Positions 11,101-21,466 of a stretch of 64,000 bases of DNA are shown here, one piece after another (within the stretch, counting starts at the first letter, position 1; every line of letters begins with the position of its first letter). The translations under genes and the position numbers were made by a program. The notes beneath the pieces were generated by a model. It saw only the letters and a program-made list of their open reading frames with translations. It ran no database searches and had not been told where the DNA came from. Source of the stretch: Meyerozyma guilliermondii (lineage: Eukaryota); NCBI GenBank assembly GCA_051546255.1, contig CP128817.1, forward strand, positions 620,001 through 684,000, in the 5' to 3' direction.

Positions 11101-12494
11101 CTCTTTCGAAGACTAGTGGAATGAGATGCTCGCCGTCTGAGAGAGGACCTTTGGATGGTGGGCAGATCCTCCGATTCATTTGGAATGGTTTGGGTTTCGT
11201 AGTAGTCTGATCTTCTCGACAAGGGAACGGAAGACAAGAGATCACCTGGATGGGTAGATTTGGAGCGAGATGCAAGAACGACATAGCGAGATGAAGATGC
11301 TTGACGAGTAAGTGCTCTCAAGTTGACGGTAGATCTCCGGGGGAGCGTTGGCAGGCCTTCAACAGAAGCCAGTTCTTCGGTTTTGTGAAATTTCTCGATG
11401 ATTCCTTTGGAAAGATAACTGGGAAGCCTTTCGTTAGTTTCAGCATTGAGATTTCGTTCGCAATCTAAAATGTCCTTAGAAAGCCCCAAGTAGTTATAAA
11501 TAGTGTTCATCGAAACCTTGTAGAGTCTGGTTAATACCATGGTGACTATGTGTGAAGTTGCCTTGGGATACTTTTTGTGGAGTCTTTGGAATGCTGTATA
11601 TGGGATAATTGCCAAAGTTGTGCTTGTGGTGCCCTTTGGCCTCGCAACAATTTCTGGAGCAAGTGAAGGAGGTGGAGAGTTGCCACCAGTATTATTGGGA
11701 CTCAATTCAAGAGGGGTGACAGCGGTGAGACTATAAGAGCCAAATTTAGTTGGCAGAAGTGGTACTTCGTTGGAGGTGAAAAGGTCCAAAGTGCTCATAA
11801 GTGAAGACAACGGTGCTCCACTCTTAACCTCATTTAAAAGCTGGTACTTGTCGTTTCCAATGCAAAGAACGTCGTCATTTTCGTACCGCAAATCTAACCC
11901 ATCGTCTTCAGCGTTCAAACTCAGATTCGAGAGGTTGGTGACTTTGGTGTATACTTGCATAGTTCCCTCGACCACAATCAGGAACCCCAACGACTCATCC
12001 AAGTACAAAACCTCGTTCGGAAGGACTTTCTGGGTAGTCATATTTCTCGTTAACTCGTGGAAAACCGGGCCCTCCAAGTATCCAAAAACCTGAATTGCAC
12101 TTAAGAACTGGTCCAAGTAATTGGAAGAAGTCTTGGACAGCAGTTTCTTCTTTTTCGAAAGATCATCGATATCAAACAGCTTTTTCGCTGGTTCTTTGGC
12201 AGCTGAGTTTCGAGAGTATCTTGTCAAGTATTTGTACCGAACCACCAAGAAACAAATAGCCGTCACTGCAACCACAAACATGAGAATCGACGAAAGTGAC
12301 AAGGTGATTTGGAAAGTTTTGGAGAGCATTCCAAGCAAAATCGACGGTAGCGTCACCAAGAACCAATTCACCACGCGAAAGCATGTCCACAGAACCAACA
12401 AGATGACATTTATAAGAACACCATAAGAATATTTTGGGGTAGAAACCAAAGTTTCCGTGCTATGAAAGTCCGCCAGTGATGTGTCCAGATCCAT
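8178..12494 (-). CDS. NTE1: Lysophospholipase / neuropathy target esterase
   Basis: N-terminal TM helices, cNMP-binding-like domains, patatin motifs GGGGSRG, GTSIG and DGGY. Confidence 0.95.
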   Translation of the reverse strand: MDLDTSLADFHSTETLVSTPKYSYGVLINVILLVLWTCFRVVNWFLVTLPSILLGMLSKTFQITLSLSSILMFVVAVTAICFLVVRYKYLTRYSRNSAAKEPAKKLFDIDDLSKKKKLLSKTSSNYLDQFLSAIQVFGYLEGPVFHELTRNMTTQKVLPNEVLYLDESLGFLIVVEGTMQVYTKVTNLSNLSLNAEDDGLDLRYENDDVLCIGNDKYQLLNEVKSGAPLSSLMSTLDLFTSNEVPLLPTKFGSYSLTAVTPLELSPNNTGGNSPPPSLAPEIVARPKGTTSTTLAIIPYTAFQRLHKKYPKATSHIVTMVLTRLYKVSMNTIYNYLGLSKDILDCERNLNAETNERLPSYLSKGIIEKFHKTEELASVEGLPTLPRRSTVNLRALTRQASSSRYVVLASRSKSTHPGDLLSSVPLSRRSDYYETQTIPNESEDLPTIQRSSLRRRASHSTSLRKSNSVLEDIRVRGFSNEREETEETSLRTAIVEQIFTHLGISEDDPTVMNINPTSASSSASSSIVGISKLNYGSLDSINSPRVDPMTSIRSSLASNGNKVYQTINQHTKEADVLQEKPKKVVLPGSRGDDSDFVAVKDEFARAIQMKYIQPGKTIIEQDSFHTGIFYVIDGSLDVIQESNGKSKKIYTVKAGGITGYLNCLIGMKSLVLVKASEDSSAIVAHIPSHMYSKLIDKFYFLQLPIARRLKRLLSKQFLTIDYALEWCHISAGDILSKEGEPANGFHIVLSGRFRVVKFKTPFKPVASKAGHDTYDYNDNLIDESNKKYTSNDVEILGEYGHGESIGEVEVLTASLRKNTLIAVRDSETARIPRALFELLSLQNPSIMVKVSRIVANRLSKKDSEEILDKPLAMTLSDSPYISSNFKTITILPTVSQLPVREFADKLVQALKAIGRNVIALDQASTLTHLGKHAFDERLAELKLSGYFAYLEEKYETIVYVCDTPVKSNWTSTCISQGDCILLLADADDEDTAESIGSYERLLIKLKTTARTDLCLIHPEKYVTPGSTSIWLKNRVWVQGHHHIQMEISPTQTTLVMKPKIPIISELAKKIKDRANPNIKLKLEEVKGKALASFVKLNNKINAHGRMSFNGVSVHKNDFLRLARILSNEAVGLVLGGGGSRGISHVGVVIALEKHGIPIDLVGGTSIGSFVGGLYAMDYNTVSIYGRAKKFAKRVSSFWRILTDLTYPVTSYMTGYEFNRGIWKIFGFTEIEDFWLRYFCNSTNITNSTMDIHETGYLWRFIRASMSLAGLLPPITYNGSMLLDGGYLDNLPVLEMKKKGAKYIIAVDVGSVDDRTPMNYGDTLSGFWVLLNRWNPFSKHPDVPNMMDIQLRLAYVASVNALEISKKTPGVMYLRPPIENYATLDFAKYDEIYRVGYVYADELFTLWKSSGKLPDIAGMGDKVRKDMSGEHVSLSRRNSI

Positions 12495-12697
12495 AGTGGA
12501 CAAAACGAACGGCAAAAGTGTGAATTAGGAGCAAATCAATACACTAGTAATAAATATATGAAGAAATGTGGGGAGCCGCGACAATGGAAAGTGAGAAGAA
12601 TCGAAAAGAAGAGAAACACAAATAGAAGCCAGATTACAATCTACAAAATAAGAAAAGCTACCAATTTCGACTTAGTCCTTTTATCTATGTACACGGA

Positions 12698-13198
12698 CTA
12701 AAGAAACTCCTTGGCCTTTCTCTTGAATGCATTGCAGTCCCGTAACCATTGCTTGTAGTCTGCCAACGAATATATTCTTTCGCCATAGTAATCAGGAACT
12801 GGGTTGGACATCGACTGCGACGAAGGATCTACTCTCCTCAGCTTAATCCGCTCAAGAAACTGGTGATCTCTGGTACGAAATTGGGCCAACTGATTACGAT
12901 TCATCAATCTGAAAACTGGGTTTCCAATCACCGGTCCCGCCAAAAACCCTCCAAATCCTCCGGCCAAAACCGCACCAACGACAAACATAAGCGGATCAAT
13001 ACCAAAGATTGTTTTTTCAGGGTCAATTTCAAGGTTACCCATGTAACTCAACGTTGCCAAAGCTCCTCCAGCTGCGGTGAATGCAGACATGACAGTATTG
13101 ATCCGACTGTTTTGCTTCTTCAATGCAAGATATTGCTGCCAGGTCATTCCTACCAGCGTTGAGTTGAAGCGCACAGCTCTAATTCCAACCTTGAACAT
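12698..13198 (-). CDS. PAM17: Presequence translocase-associated motor subunit
   Basis: Two TM segments; RVDPSSQSMSNPVPDYYGERIYSL. Confidence 0.93.
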   Translation of the reverse strand: MFKVGIRAVRFNSTLVGMTWQQYLALKKQNSRINTVMSAFTAAGGALATLSYMGNLEIDPEKTIFGIDPLMFVVGAVLAGGFGGFLAGPVIGNPVFRLMNRNQLAQFRTRDHQFLERIKLRRVDPSSQSMSNPVPDYYGERIYSLADYKQWLRDCNAFKRKAKEFL

Positions 13199-13527
13199 GG
13201 TTCGATAGAATAGATATGATAAGAGGAATGGTCAAGTTGGGAGTTGCGAGGATGAGGTGATGTTGTATGCAGGACACTGACGAAAGGACAAAATCCAGAA
13301 TCAGACAGAAACGAAACTTTCTTCAATTAAGAGGATACTGCTACAGGCACCTCTATCCTTATTCCTCCATATCCACTAATCTACTCCCTTCTGACATATT
13401 TCTTCTTCCCATCTTTTGGTCGTGCGCGACCAGTCGCGACTCCGTGAAAAATCAACACGGTCCTGCGACAACTGTGCATTGGCTAAATCCATCCGGTTAA
13501 AACTTGCAACACACGCATGATCACACG

Positions 13528-16500
13528 ATGAACGGCTTTTCTGAACCATATTCAAAGCCGCCGATTGCGTTTCCTGCATCGCATGAGCAACTAAATTCCC
13601 TTCTTCTGCGGTATCATCAACTCTTGAAATCGTCCCATGAGGCCAAAGAAAAACAGAAGCTTTTGGGTCAAACCCAGAATTTCCGGATGCTAGGTGACGT
13701 CAAGTTGGCGGTCCGGGACCCCAATGAGGCTGATCGTTTGGCCATAGAACGCATATTACACCAAGTTTCTGAGCAACACAAGAAGTTTCGCCACGAGGAA
13801 GACCTCTTATTCGAAGAACTTAAACAGGATATCAAGAAGCAACAAGGAAACCAGAAGCCTGATATTGATGTGTTGAAGCAACAAATCGTCGGTTTACAGC
13901 TTCTTTCCACCGATTTGGATCTCCCGCCCGATCTTCAAACAGCCTACCTACAGTCGCTTGAGACCAACCCAAACGCTGAATCGGAGACGATCGACTCTCA
14001 AGCATTAATAGAGGCTCTTAGCGACCCAGCATGCTTTTCGGGAGATTTTGTTCGCCGGGCGCGTGCTCTTGGAGCCATTGGTAATGACTATAGTCACCAG
14101 TCTTCTCTCAGCGACAGTTCCAAACTACACTTTGAAAAGGTAGTAGCCAACAAACTTGCCAATCGTATAAGGGAATTGGAGAGCCTTCCATCCAACCTTG
14201 GTACGTTCCATGAAGGTTCCAGTGAACTTGATGACTCTCTCAAAATCAACGCACTTGTTGAATTGAAAGCTCTTAGAGTTCTCTCCAAGCAAAAACAACT
14301 CAGACGAGCCATAGTTCTCACCGACGTTCTGTCAGCACAAACAGAGCATGCGGAACTCAAAGATGTTCCGTTGACACTTCTGGCCCAACGAGCGCTCCGC
14401 GTTCGTCCAAAGATTGTTCAGCCACAACCTCATCTTCTTGCTTCCAAATTGAAAACCAGGCAATTATTGGAGGCAAAGAAGCGTGAACATCTTTTGCATG
14501 TGGAGAAAGTCCGTGGTATTTTGGACGCAGTTGAAGAAATCAACGCTAGAAAGGAACGTCACTGGACCCACAGAAATCACATCGCTCGGAATGTACATAC
14601 ATATCACCTGAATACCGAGAAAGACGAGTCCAAGAAGCTTGAGAAGACTGCGAGACAGCGTTTGCAAGCTTTGAAGTCCAACGATGAAGAAGCGTACATG
14701 AAATTGTTGGATCAAACCAAAGATCATCGTATTACTCACTTGTTAAAGCAGACGAACCTGTTCTTGGATTCTTTGGCCCATGCGGTCAAGGCCCAGCAAC
14801 TGGGCGATCCAGAACCTCAAGAGCAAAATCCTGATGAAGTCAGAGAAAAGATAGATTACTATCAGGTAGCACATTCTATCAAAGAAGAAATCAAAGAACA
14901 GCCCAAGATGTTAGTTGGTGGTCAATTAAAGGAGTACCAGTTAAAGGGTTTACAATGGATGGTGTCCTTGTACAATAATAAACTTAATGGTATTTTGGCC
15001 GACGAAATGGGTCTTGGAAAAACCATTCAATCCATTTCCTTGATCTCCTACTTGATAGAAAAGAAAGGTGAAGACAAGTTTCTTGTTATTGTTCCCTTAT
15101 CTACTATTACTAACTGGACCCTTGAATTTGAAAAATGGGCTCCAAGCATCAAAGTGATTGTATATAAGGGTTCTCAACTTCAACGTAAGAATCTTCAATG
15201 GGAAGTTCGACTGGGAAATTTCCAAGTGTTGTTGACCACTTATGAGTTCATTATCCGAGAGAGACCACTTTTAGCCAAGGTCAACTACTCGCATATGATT
15301 ATTGATGAAGGTCACAGGATGAAGAACACCGAATCGAAACTTTCCGTTACCCTCAAGACGTACTACAAAACAAAGAATCGGTTGATTTTGACGGGAACTC
15401 CACTTCAAAATAATTTGCCAGAATTATGGGCTCTTCTTAATTTCGTGTTGCCAAGAATTTTCAACTCGGTGAAGTCTTTCGACGAGTGGTTCAATACACC
15501 ATTTGCCAACACCGGAACCCTGGAGAAGATTGAATTAACGGAAGAAGAGCTGCTTTTGGTTATTAGACGTTTGCACAAGGTCCTTCGTCCGTTCTTGTTA
15601 AGAAGATTAAAGAAGGATGTGGAGAAGGATCTTCCTGATAAGGTTGAAAAGGTTCTCAAGTGTAACTTATCGGGACTTCAGTATATCCTTTATCAGCAAA
15701 TGTTGAAGCACAATGCTTTATTCGTCGGTGCTGAAGTGGGCTCAGCCAAGTCTGGTATCAAAGGCTTGAACAATAAGATCATGCAATTGAGAAAGATATG
15801 CAACCACCCGTTCGTATTCGAAGAAGTGGAAGATGTGTTGAATCCCTCGAGAATGACTAACAATCTGATATGGCGTAGTAGTGGCAAGTTCGAGTTACTT
15901 GACAGAGTTTTGCCAAAGTTCAAAGCTAGTGGTCATCGTGTGTTGCTTTTCTTCCAGATGACGAGCGTGATGGATATCATGGAGGACTTTTTGCGTCTTC
16001 GTAACATGAAGTATTTGAGATTAGATGGTGCAACGAAGGCTGAAGATCGTCAAGAGATGCTTAAATTATTCAATGCGCCTGGTTCTGAATACTTCTGTTT
16101 TCTCTTATCAACCAGAGCTGGTGGTTTAGGTTTGAATTTACAGAGTGCCGATACCGTGATCATCTTCGATACCGATTGGAATCCCCATCAAGATTTGCAA
16201 GCTCAAGACAGAGCTCATAGAATTGGACAAAAGAATGAGGTCAGAATCTTGCGTTTGATCACCAACGAATCGGTGGAGGAGGTGATTCTCGAGAGAGCGC
16301 ATCAAAAGTTAGATATTGATGGTAAGGTTATCCAAGCAGGTAAATTTGATAACAAGTCTACTGCTGAGGAGCAGGAGGAGTTTTTGAAACGACTTTTGGA
16401 AGCAGAATCCGATGGTGAAAATAAGGAAGACAACAGCGCTCTTGATGACGAAGAACTAAACGAAATTTTGGCTCGTTCAGAAGATGAAAAGGATTTGTTC

Positions 16501-17202
16501 TTGCAAATTGATAACGAGCGAATTCTCCGTGATAAGGTGGAGCTGCGCAAACCAGACGGCTACAAGACTAGGTTGATGAACACGAAAGAATTGCCCAGCA
16601 TATTCACCGAGGATATTTCACATCATTTTGAGAAGAATCCTAAAGACTTAACCCGAACAAGAGAGAGAAAGAGAGTCAAGTACGATGATGGGTTGACGGA
16701 AGAGCAATGGCTTATGGCAATGGATGACGACGATGACCTGGTTGAGGCTGCCATTGCGAGGAAAGAAGCTAGGGCAGAGCGCAAAAGAAGAAAGAGAGAA
16801 GCAGGGGATGATACACTTGACGACGATATGGAAGATATTGAGGAAGAAGAGCCCAGTCGAACCAAGTCTAGTACCATCAATGACGAAGACTTGGTCCCCC
16901 AATGTACTGGTGTATTAGATGAAATCACCGCGTTGGTGGCAGAAGATGGGCATAGTGTCCACGAGGTGTTTGAGAAGTTACCACCACGCAAACTTTATCC
17001 AGACTATTACAAAATCATCAAGAAGCCAATTTCGCTCAAGCAGATACGAAAAGGACTCCAAAATGACGAATTTGATTCATTCGAAGCGTTTTTGGACGCA
17101 TTGAAACTCATGTGTTCCAACGCCAAAACATATAACGAAGAAGGATCGTGGGTCTGGAACGATGCAGACGCAGTAGAGGAGGTAATCTCCAATCACAAAT
17201 AA
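13528..17202 (+). CDS. STH1: RSC chromatin remodelling ATPase (Snf2 family)
   Basis: HSA region, ADEMGLGKT, DEGH, QAQDRAHRIGQ, C-terminal bromodomain (YPDYYKII); KHNALFVGA..GIKGLNNKIMQ is Sth1-like. Confidence 0.9.
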   Translation: MNGFSEPYSKPPIAFPASHEQLNSLLLRYHQLLKSSHEAKEKQKLLGQTQNFRMLGDVKLAVRDPNEADRLAIERILHQVSEQHKKFRHEEDLLFEELKQDIKKQQGNQKPDIDVLKQQIVGLQLLSTDLDLPPDLQTAYLQSLETNPNAESETIDSQALIEALSDPACFSGDFVRRARALGAIGNDYSHQSSLSDSSKLHFEKVVANKLANRIRELESLPSNLGTFHEGSSELDDSLKINALVELKALRVLSKQKQLRRAIVLTDVLSAQTEHAELKDVPLTLLAQRALRVRPKIVQPQPHLLASKLKTRQLLEAKKREHLLHVEKVRGILDAVEEINARKERHWTHRNHIARNVHTYHLNTEKDESKKLEKTARQRLQALKSNDEEAYMKLLDQTKDHRITHLLKQTNLFLDSLAHAVKAQQLGDPEPQEQNPDEVREKIDYYQVAHSIKEEIKEQPKMLVGGQLKEYQLKGLQWMVSLYNNKLNGILADEMGLGKTIQSISLISYLIEKKGEDKFLVIVPLSTITNWTLEFEKWAPSIKVIVYKGSQLQRKNLQWEVRLGNFQVLLTTYEFIIRERPLLAKVNYSHMIIDEGHRMKNTESKLSVTLKTYYKTKNRLILTGTPLQNNLPELWALLNFVLPRIFNSVKSFDEWFNTPFANTGTLEKIELTEEELLLVIRRLHKVLRPFLLRRLKKDVEKDLPDKVEKVLKCNLSGLQYILYQQMLKHNALFVGAEVGSAKSGIKGLNNKIMQLRKICNHPFVFEEVEDVLNPSRMTNNLIWRSSGKFELLDRVLPKFKASGHRVLLFFQMTSVMDIMEDFLRLRNMKYLRLDGATKAEDRQEMLKLFNAPGSEYFCFLLSTRAGGLGLNLQSADTVIIFDTDWNPHQDLQAQDRAHRIGQKNEVRILRLITNESVEEVILERAHQKLDIDGKVIQAGKFDNKSTAEEQEEFLKRLLEAESDGENKEDNSALDDEELNEILARSEDEKDLFLQIDNERILRDKVELRKPDGYKTRLMNTKELPSIFTEDISHHFEKNPKDLTRTRERKRVKYDDGLTEEQWLMAMDDDDDLVEAAIARKEARAERKRRKREAGDDTLDDDMEDIEEEEPSRTKSSTINDEDLVPQCTGVLDEITALVAEDGHSVHEVFEKLPPRKLYPDYYKIIKKPISLKQIRKGLQNDEFDSFEAFLDALKLMCSNAKTYNEEGSWVWNDADAVEEVISNHK

Positions 17203-17427
17203 GTGCCAATACATAATACGATTATATTATCCGTGGATTTTGCGGGGTATGGTGCATGGATGTAGAAATACGACGAAGGAAGGATAAAAAAGAAGGAGAT
17301 AATGGAGTGGATGAAGCTTGTTTTGGCTAAAAAATACCAAATATCGAGATCGTCGGCATCAACAATAAAGCAAACGTCATTTTTGGCCGGTTAAAGTAGC
17401 CAATTTAAAATGTCATCATGGCCAAGA

Positions 17428-17546
17428 CCAATGAGATCTCGCCCTTTGCGATTACTAAATCCACGGAATTCCTGCAGACATTTCCACTTGCACCCATGTC
17501 GTGGGCTTCCCTGCATGAGCTGGTCATTGACAGGAGGGGTATAAAA
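17428..17546 (+). promoter_or_regulatory. CCP1 promoter: CCAAT, Yap1/Cap1-type site, STRE and TATA
   Basis: CCAAT 17428-17432; TTACTAA 17452-17458; AGGGG 17535-17539; TATAAAA 17540-17546. Confidence 0.55.
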
Positions 17547-17605
17547 ACCAGCGGTTATCCGGCGCGTCAATTGACTTGTACTTTTTTACAACTAGAAAAT
17601 CAAAA

Positions 17606-18634
17606 ATGTCGATTGTTGCAGCCACCAGACAATCTTCCTCACGTATGGGCTACGCTCTTGCTGGGCTTGCTGGTGCTGGAGCTTCAATTTATGCCTACCA
17701 AGAATACCGCAGAAGAACCCCTGGACCAAGTCCTTTAATGGCAGCTTCAGGAGTGGTGAACAATGCTTATGTTCCCAAGGGAGTTGGCTTTGAAGACTAC
17801 CAAAAAGTTTACAATGATATTGCTGCCAAGGTTCACGAGCAAGAAGATGCCGATGGAGGCATTGGTCGTTATGGTTTGCTCTGTAGACTTGGCTGGCACA
17901 CCAGTGGTACCTACGACAAGAATGACAATACAGGAGGGTCGTATGCTGGTACTATGATCTACAGTCCTGAGTCAATTGACGGCGCCAATGCCGGTATGGA
18001 GGTTGCAAGGGACTTTTTGTACGAGTTCAAAGACAAGTACCCATTTCTCTCTCGTGGAGATTTGTGGACTTTGGGAGGTGTGGTTGCTGTCCAGGAGTCT
18101 GGGGGACCCAAGATTCCTTGGAGACCAGGACGTAAGGATATTCCTGAGAGAAGCCGGGTGCCAGAAGCTGGAAGATTGCCAGATGCTTCAAAAGATGGTG
18201 AATACGTCAAGAACTTGTTTGCGAGATTGGGCATGGACGAGCGGGAGACAGTGGCCTTGATTGGTGCCCATGTTTTGGGTCAATGCCATTCTTACTATTC
18301 TGGTTACTCTGGTCCATGGGGTCCTTCGTACAACATGTTCACCAACGACTTTTTCGTGCGCTTGTTAGGCAAGTGGCACGTCAAAAAGTGGGATGGCCCC
18401 AAGCAGTATGAAGATGACGAGACCAACTCGTTCATGATGTTGCCAACTGACATTGCTTTGAAAGAAGAATCTTATTTCGTCAAGTATGTCAAGATGTACG
18501 CTGAAGACCAGGACTTGTTTTTCAAGGACTTTTCTAAGGCATATTCCAAGTTGATGGAGCTCGGAGTAACGTTCCCAAAGGACCAGAAACAATGGGAGTT
18601 CAAGACATTGGACGAACAAGACGACGAGGAATAG
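17606..18634 (+). CDS. CCP1: Mitochondrial cytochrome c peroxidase
   Basis: Distal [11 protein letters not shown], proximal GAHVLG..SGYSGPW, MMLPTD; N-terminal targeting plus hydrophobic segment. Confidence 0.9.
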   Translation: MSIVAATRQSSSRMGYALAGLAGAGASIYAYQEYRRRTPGPSPLMAASGVVNNAYVPKGVGFEDYQKVYNDIAAKVHEQEDADGGIGRYGLLCRLGWHTSGTYDKNDNTGGSYAGTMIYSPESIDGANAGMEVARDFLYEFKDKYPFLSRGDLWTLGGVVAVQESGGPKIPWRPGRKDIPERSRVPEAGRLPDASKDGEYVKNLFARLGMDERETVALIGAHVLGQCHSYYSGYSGPWGPSYNMFTNDFFVRLLGKWHVKKWDGPKQYEDDETNSFMMLPTDIALKEESYFVKYVKMYAEDQDLFFKDFSKAYSKLMELGVTFPKDQKQWEFKTLDEQDDEE

Positions 18635-18883
18635 AGTAGACTACTAAATACACTCACTAGAAGTAGATGCCGTATTAAATTCTGTTTGTAATTCAGTCAA
18701 ATGCATACTTGAGCGGGTGACTTAAATGCCTTCAGTGCATTTTAAGTAAATTTTCAAGTACATCCCCATTTTGCAATCTTCAAGGTACACCTATGTCTTA
18801 GGTCGGTGTCTCAGGTCCAGTATCTCTCCTACGCACCTGCGCACATCTGGGGCCGTCACAATTTTCGTTCACACACGCCCAAC

Positions 18884-18916
18884 TGAAAAATTTTCCTGCC
18901 GCACGCTAGTATAAAA
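18884..18916 (+). promoter_or_regulatory. RRPE element and TATA box of RPL9
   Basis: TGAAAAATTTT 18884-18894; TATAAAA 18910-18916. Confidence 0.6.
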
Positions 18917-18954
18917 CCATTTTGCACCCGCATCTGCGAAATTTTTTCACCACC

Positions 18955-19530
18955 ATGAAGTACATCCAAACTGATCAAGTGTTAGACATTCCTGAGGGCG
19001 TCACTGTTGCCATCAAGGCCAGAAACATCACCGTGACTGGTCCAAGAGGTACCTTGACCAAGGACTTGAAGCACATTGATGTCACCTTTGCCAAGATCAA
19101 CAACAGAGCCATCAAGATTACCGTCCACAACGGTGACAGAAAGCACGTTGCTGCTTTGAGAACTGTCAAGTCTTTGATTGCCAACTTGATCACTGGTGTC
19201 ACCAAGGGTTACAAGTACAAGTTGAGATATGTCTATGCGCATTTCCCAATTAACGTTAATGTTGTTGAGAAGGATGGTGACAAATTCATTGAGATCAGAA
19301 ACTTCTTGGGTGAAAAGAGAGTGAGACACGTCAAGATCTTCGATGGTGTTACTGTTGAACAATCCACCACCCAAAAGGATGAGTTGGTTGTTTCCGGTAA
19401 CTCGTTGGAAGCTGTGTCTCAAAACGCTGCTGATGTCCAACAAATCTGCCGTGTCAGAAACAAGGATATCCGTAAGTTTTTGGATGGTATCTACGTTTCC
19501 GAGCGTGGTGTCATTGACGAGGAGGCTTAA
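18955..19530 (+). CDS. RPL9: 60S ribosomal protein L9 (uL6), intronless
   Basis: MKYIQTDQ..., YVYAHFPIN, KDIRKFLDGIYVS; strong codon bias. Confidence 0.97.
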   Translation: MKYIQTDQVLDIPEGVTVAIKARNITVTGPRGTLTKDLKHIDVTFAKINNRAIKITVHNGDRKHVAALRTVKSLIANLITGVTKGYKYKLRYVYAHFPINVNVVEKDGDKFIEIRNFLGEKRVRHVKIFDGVTVEQSTTQKDELVVSGNSLEAVSQNAADVQQICRVRNKDIRKFLDGIYVSERGVIDEEA

Positions 19531-19637
19531 ATGTAATAATAATGATTAGGGATATATAGTGATCCATTCGATGTGAAATTTGAGGATGCGTTATAGAGCT
19601 TAACCAATACAGAGCCACCAACGATCCATATGTAGCG

Positions 19638-19732
19638 CTGAGCCAGTATTGGCCTCAAACTTTACTTACGAGTAAAGTGGAGATGGCTCAGTTAGTTGTA
19701 AGCTAGTAGGTCGCTCCAGCTTCTCTCTACTA
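19638..19732. other. Stem-loop element(s) downstream of RPL9 (possible cis-regulatory RNA or ncRNA)
   Basis: CTGAGCCA/TGGCTCAG outer stem; ACTTTACT-TACG-AGTAAAGT inner stem; second stem TAGTAG/CTACTA at 19704-19732. Confidence 0.5.
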
Positions 19733-19930
19733 CTGCATACTAATTTTTCACGCGGACTGTACCGTTTGAATCGTTAGCTTGGTTGTTAGAATTTAAAGTT
19801 ATAAGCCAATCGAGAAAAGCCTACGCTTACGTTCAGCGTCTGCAGTACTCAGCGTCTGTCGGTCTTTCAGTATTTCCCTTGTTTCCAGCATTAACCACAT
19901 CCTTACATCGAACTTACATCTAACTTTTCA

Positions 19931-20838
19931 ATGGTCAAAGTAGCCTATTTGGGCCCTCCAGGCACATATACTCATCAGGTACGTTCATTTTTTGGTTTTG
20001 ACGCTTCCAACTAACAAAGGCGCTCGCTCAGCAATTCAAATCTGATGTGGAATCCATACCAAAAGAATCTATAAGCAGCTGTTTCGAGGCAGTCAATAAT
20101 GATGAAGTGGAGTATGCAGTTGTACCATTTGAAAATTCCACTAATGGTCTGGTAGTGTATACCCTCGACTTGCTACGGGACTGGTTTCTTGATTCTGAAC
20201 CGCTGTTTAGAATTGTGGGAGAACAATTTGTTGCCATACATCACTGTCTCTTATCGAACGCTGGTTCACTAAATGACATTGAAACAATATATTCCCATCC
20301 ACAAGTATGGGGACAAGTAGGACAATTCCTCAAAGAGTTTCCTCGAACATATTCCAGAATTGACACCTCCAGCACATCCAAAGCAGCCGAGTTGGTGGCA
20401 GAAGATAAAACAAATACTTCTGCATGTATCTCGTCGCAGCTCTGCTCTCTGATATACAAGTTGCCGGTACTAAACCAGAACATTGAAGATAATAGCAAAA
20501 ACACCACCCGGTTTCTAGTTTTGAGCAAACGGGCACTTGAAGATGACAATGAAAAATTTCCGTATATAACTTCGGTCATGTTCACATTGAAAAATGACGA
20601 TCCTGGCACCTTGTGTGGAGCGTTAGACTCGTTTCGCCAGCATGGTGTCAACCTTACAGCCATCAGTCTGCGGCCTTCTCACATAAAACAGTGGCAGTAT
20701 GTTTTTTTCGTGGAGATCATCGGATCGGAACGAGATGAAAATGTGCAACAAAGTCTTTCCAGTCTCCGCCAAGATTGCAATGTGGTGATCGTGGGCTCTT
20801 TTCGGCGCTGTGGACGCTACTACGAACCAAGCGAATAG
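19931..20838 (+). CDS. PHA2: Prephenate dehydratase; join(19931..19978,20020..20838)
   Basis: Spliced N-terminus MVKVAYLGPPGTYTHQ; VVPFENSTNG, SHPQ, NTTRF, C-terminal ACT domain. Confidence 0.93.
19979..20019 (+). other. 41-nt spliceosomal intron in PHA2
   Basis: GTACGT...AACTAAC-AAAG; removal joins the conserved AYLGPxGT exon in frame. Confidence 0.88.
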
Positions 20839-20958
20839 CAAACTAGAATAAAAATACAGACGCATGTTCAGATTACACACATCTTCAATTACTAACCTTC
20901 TTCAATTACTACACACCTCTTTATACCTCCCACATCTCCATTCAATACCTAGATCTAT

Positions 20959-21388
20959 CTAATTCCCAAACTTCTGGTACGTCCATTCCCGGTTATCCAA
21001 CGGACATACGTGCCTAGACTTGAGCCATCTCTGGATACAGTGCAAGTGAAACGCATGGTTACATACGCCCCAGGCTGCTATGCAATCATCATTTCCATTA
21101 ACAAGGGTATTAGGTTGGCATTCAATACATGGTTCCATCAAGTGGTTTCTGCAAATAGCACATGTTTCCACCACGATATCTGAGTTAGTTTTGGTTTCAA
21201 AACACTTAAAAGTAATACGTACCCCACAGCCAGAATGCAACGGCCGTCCATTTCTTGACCTCGAATCTCTGTTTCACCTTTTTTTCTTCATCTTCTTCTT
21301 CATGATCTGGGTTAGTAGCTGGCCCCGGATGCCGAAAATCCCCATACGTACGGCTATCTATGTCCATGCGGTCATTTTCATCACTCAT
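20959..21388 (-). CDS. HRT1: RING-box protein Hrt1/Rbx1; complement(join(20959..21179,21223..21388))
   Basis: [13 protein letters not shown](S)[26 protein letters not shown]. Confidence 0.95.
21180..21222 (-). other. 43-nt spliceosomal intron in HRT1
   Basis: GTACGT...AACTAAC-TCAG; removal restores WSWDI. Confidence 0.92.
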
Positions 21389-21466
21389 ATTAAGTTGACT
21401 TTTGACGTTTCTTACAAATGCGAATAAAAACCACCGCGGTGCGCACCAAAACTATCTTGACCCACC

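Noticed and set aside
18982..19443. 153-aa antisense ORF over RPL9 (likewise 53867-54481 over TRR1 and 22942-23553 over APL2)
   Set aside because: Shadow ORFs expected from codon bias of the sense gene; no protein motifs
19625..19740. H/ACA snoRNA on the minus strand (two hairpins followed by ACA)
   Set aside because: No ANANNA H box between the hairpins and the internal loop is one-sided; kept only as a generic structured element
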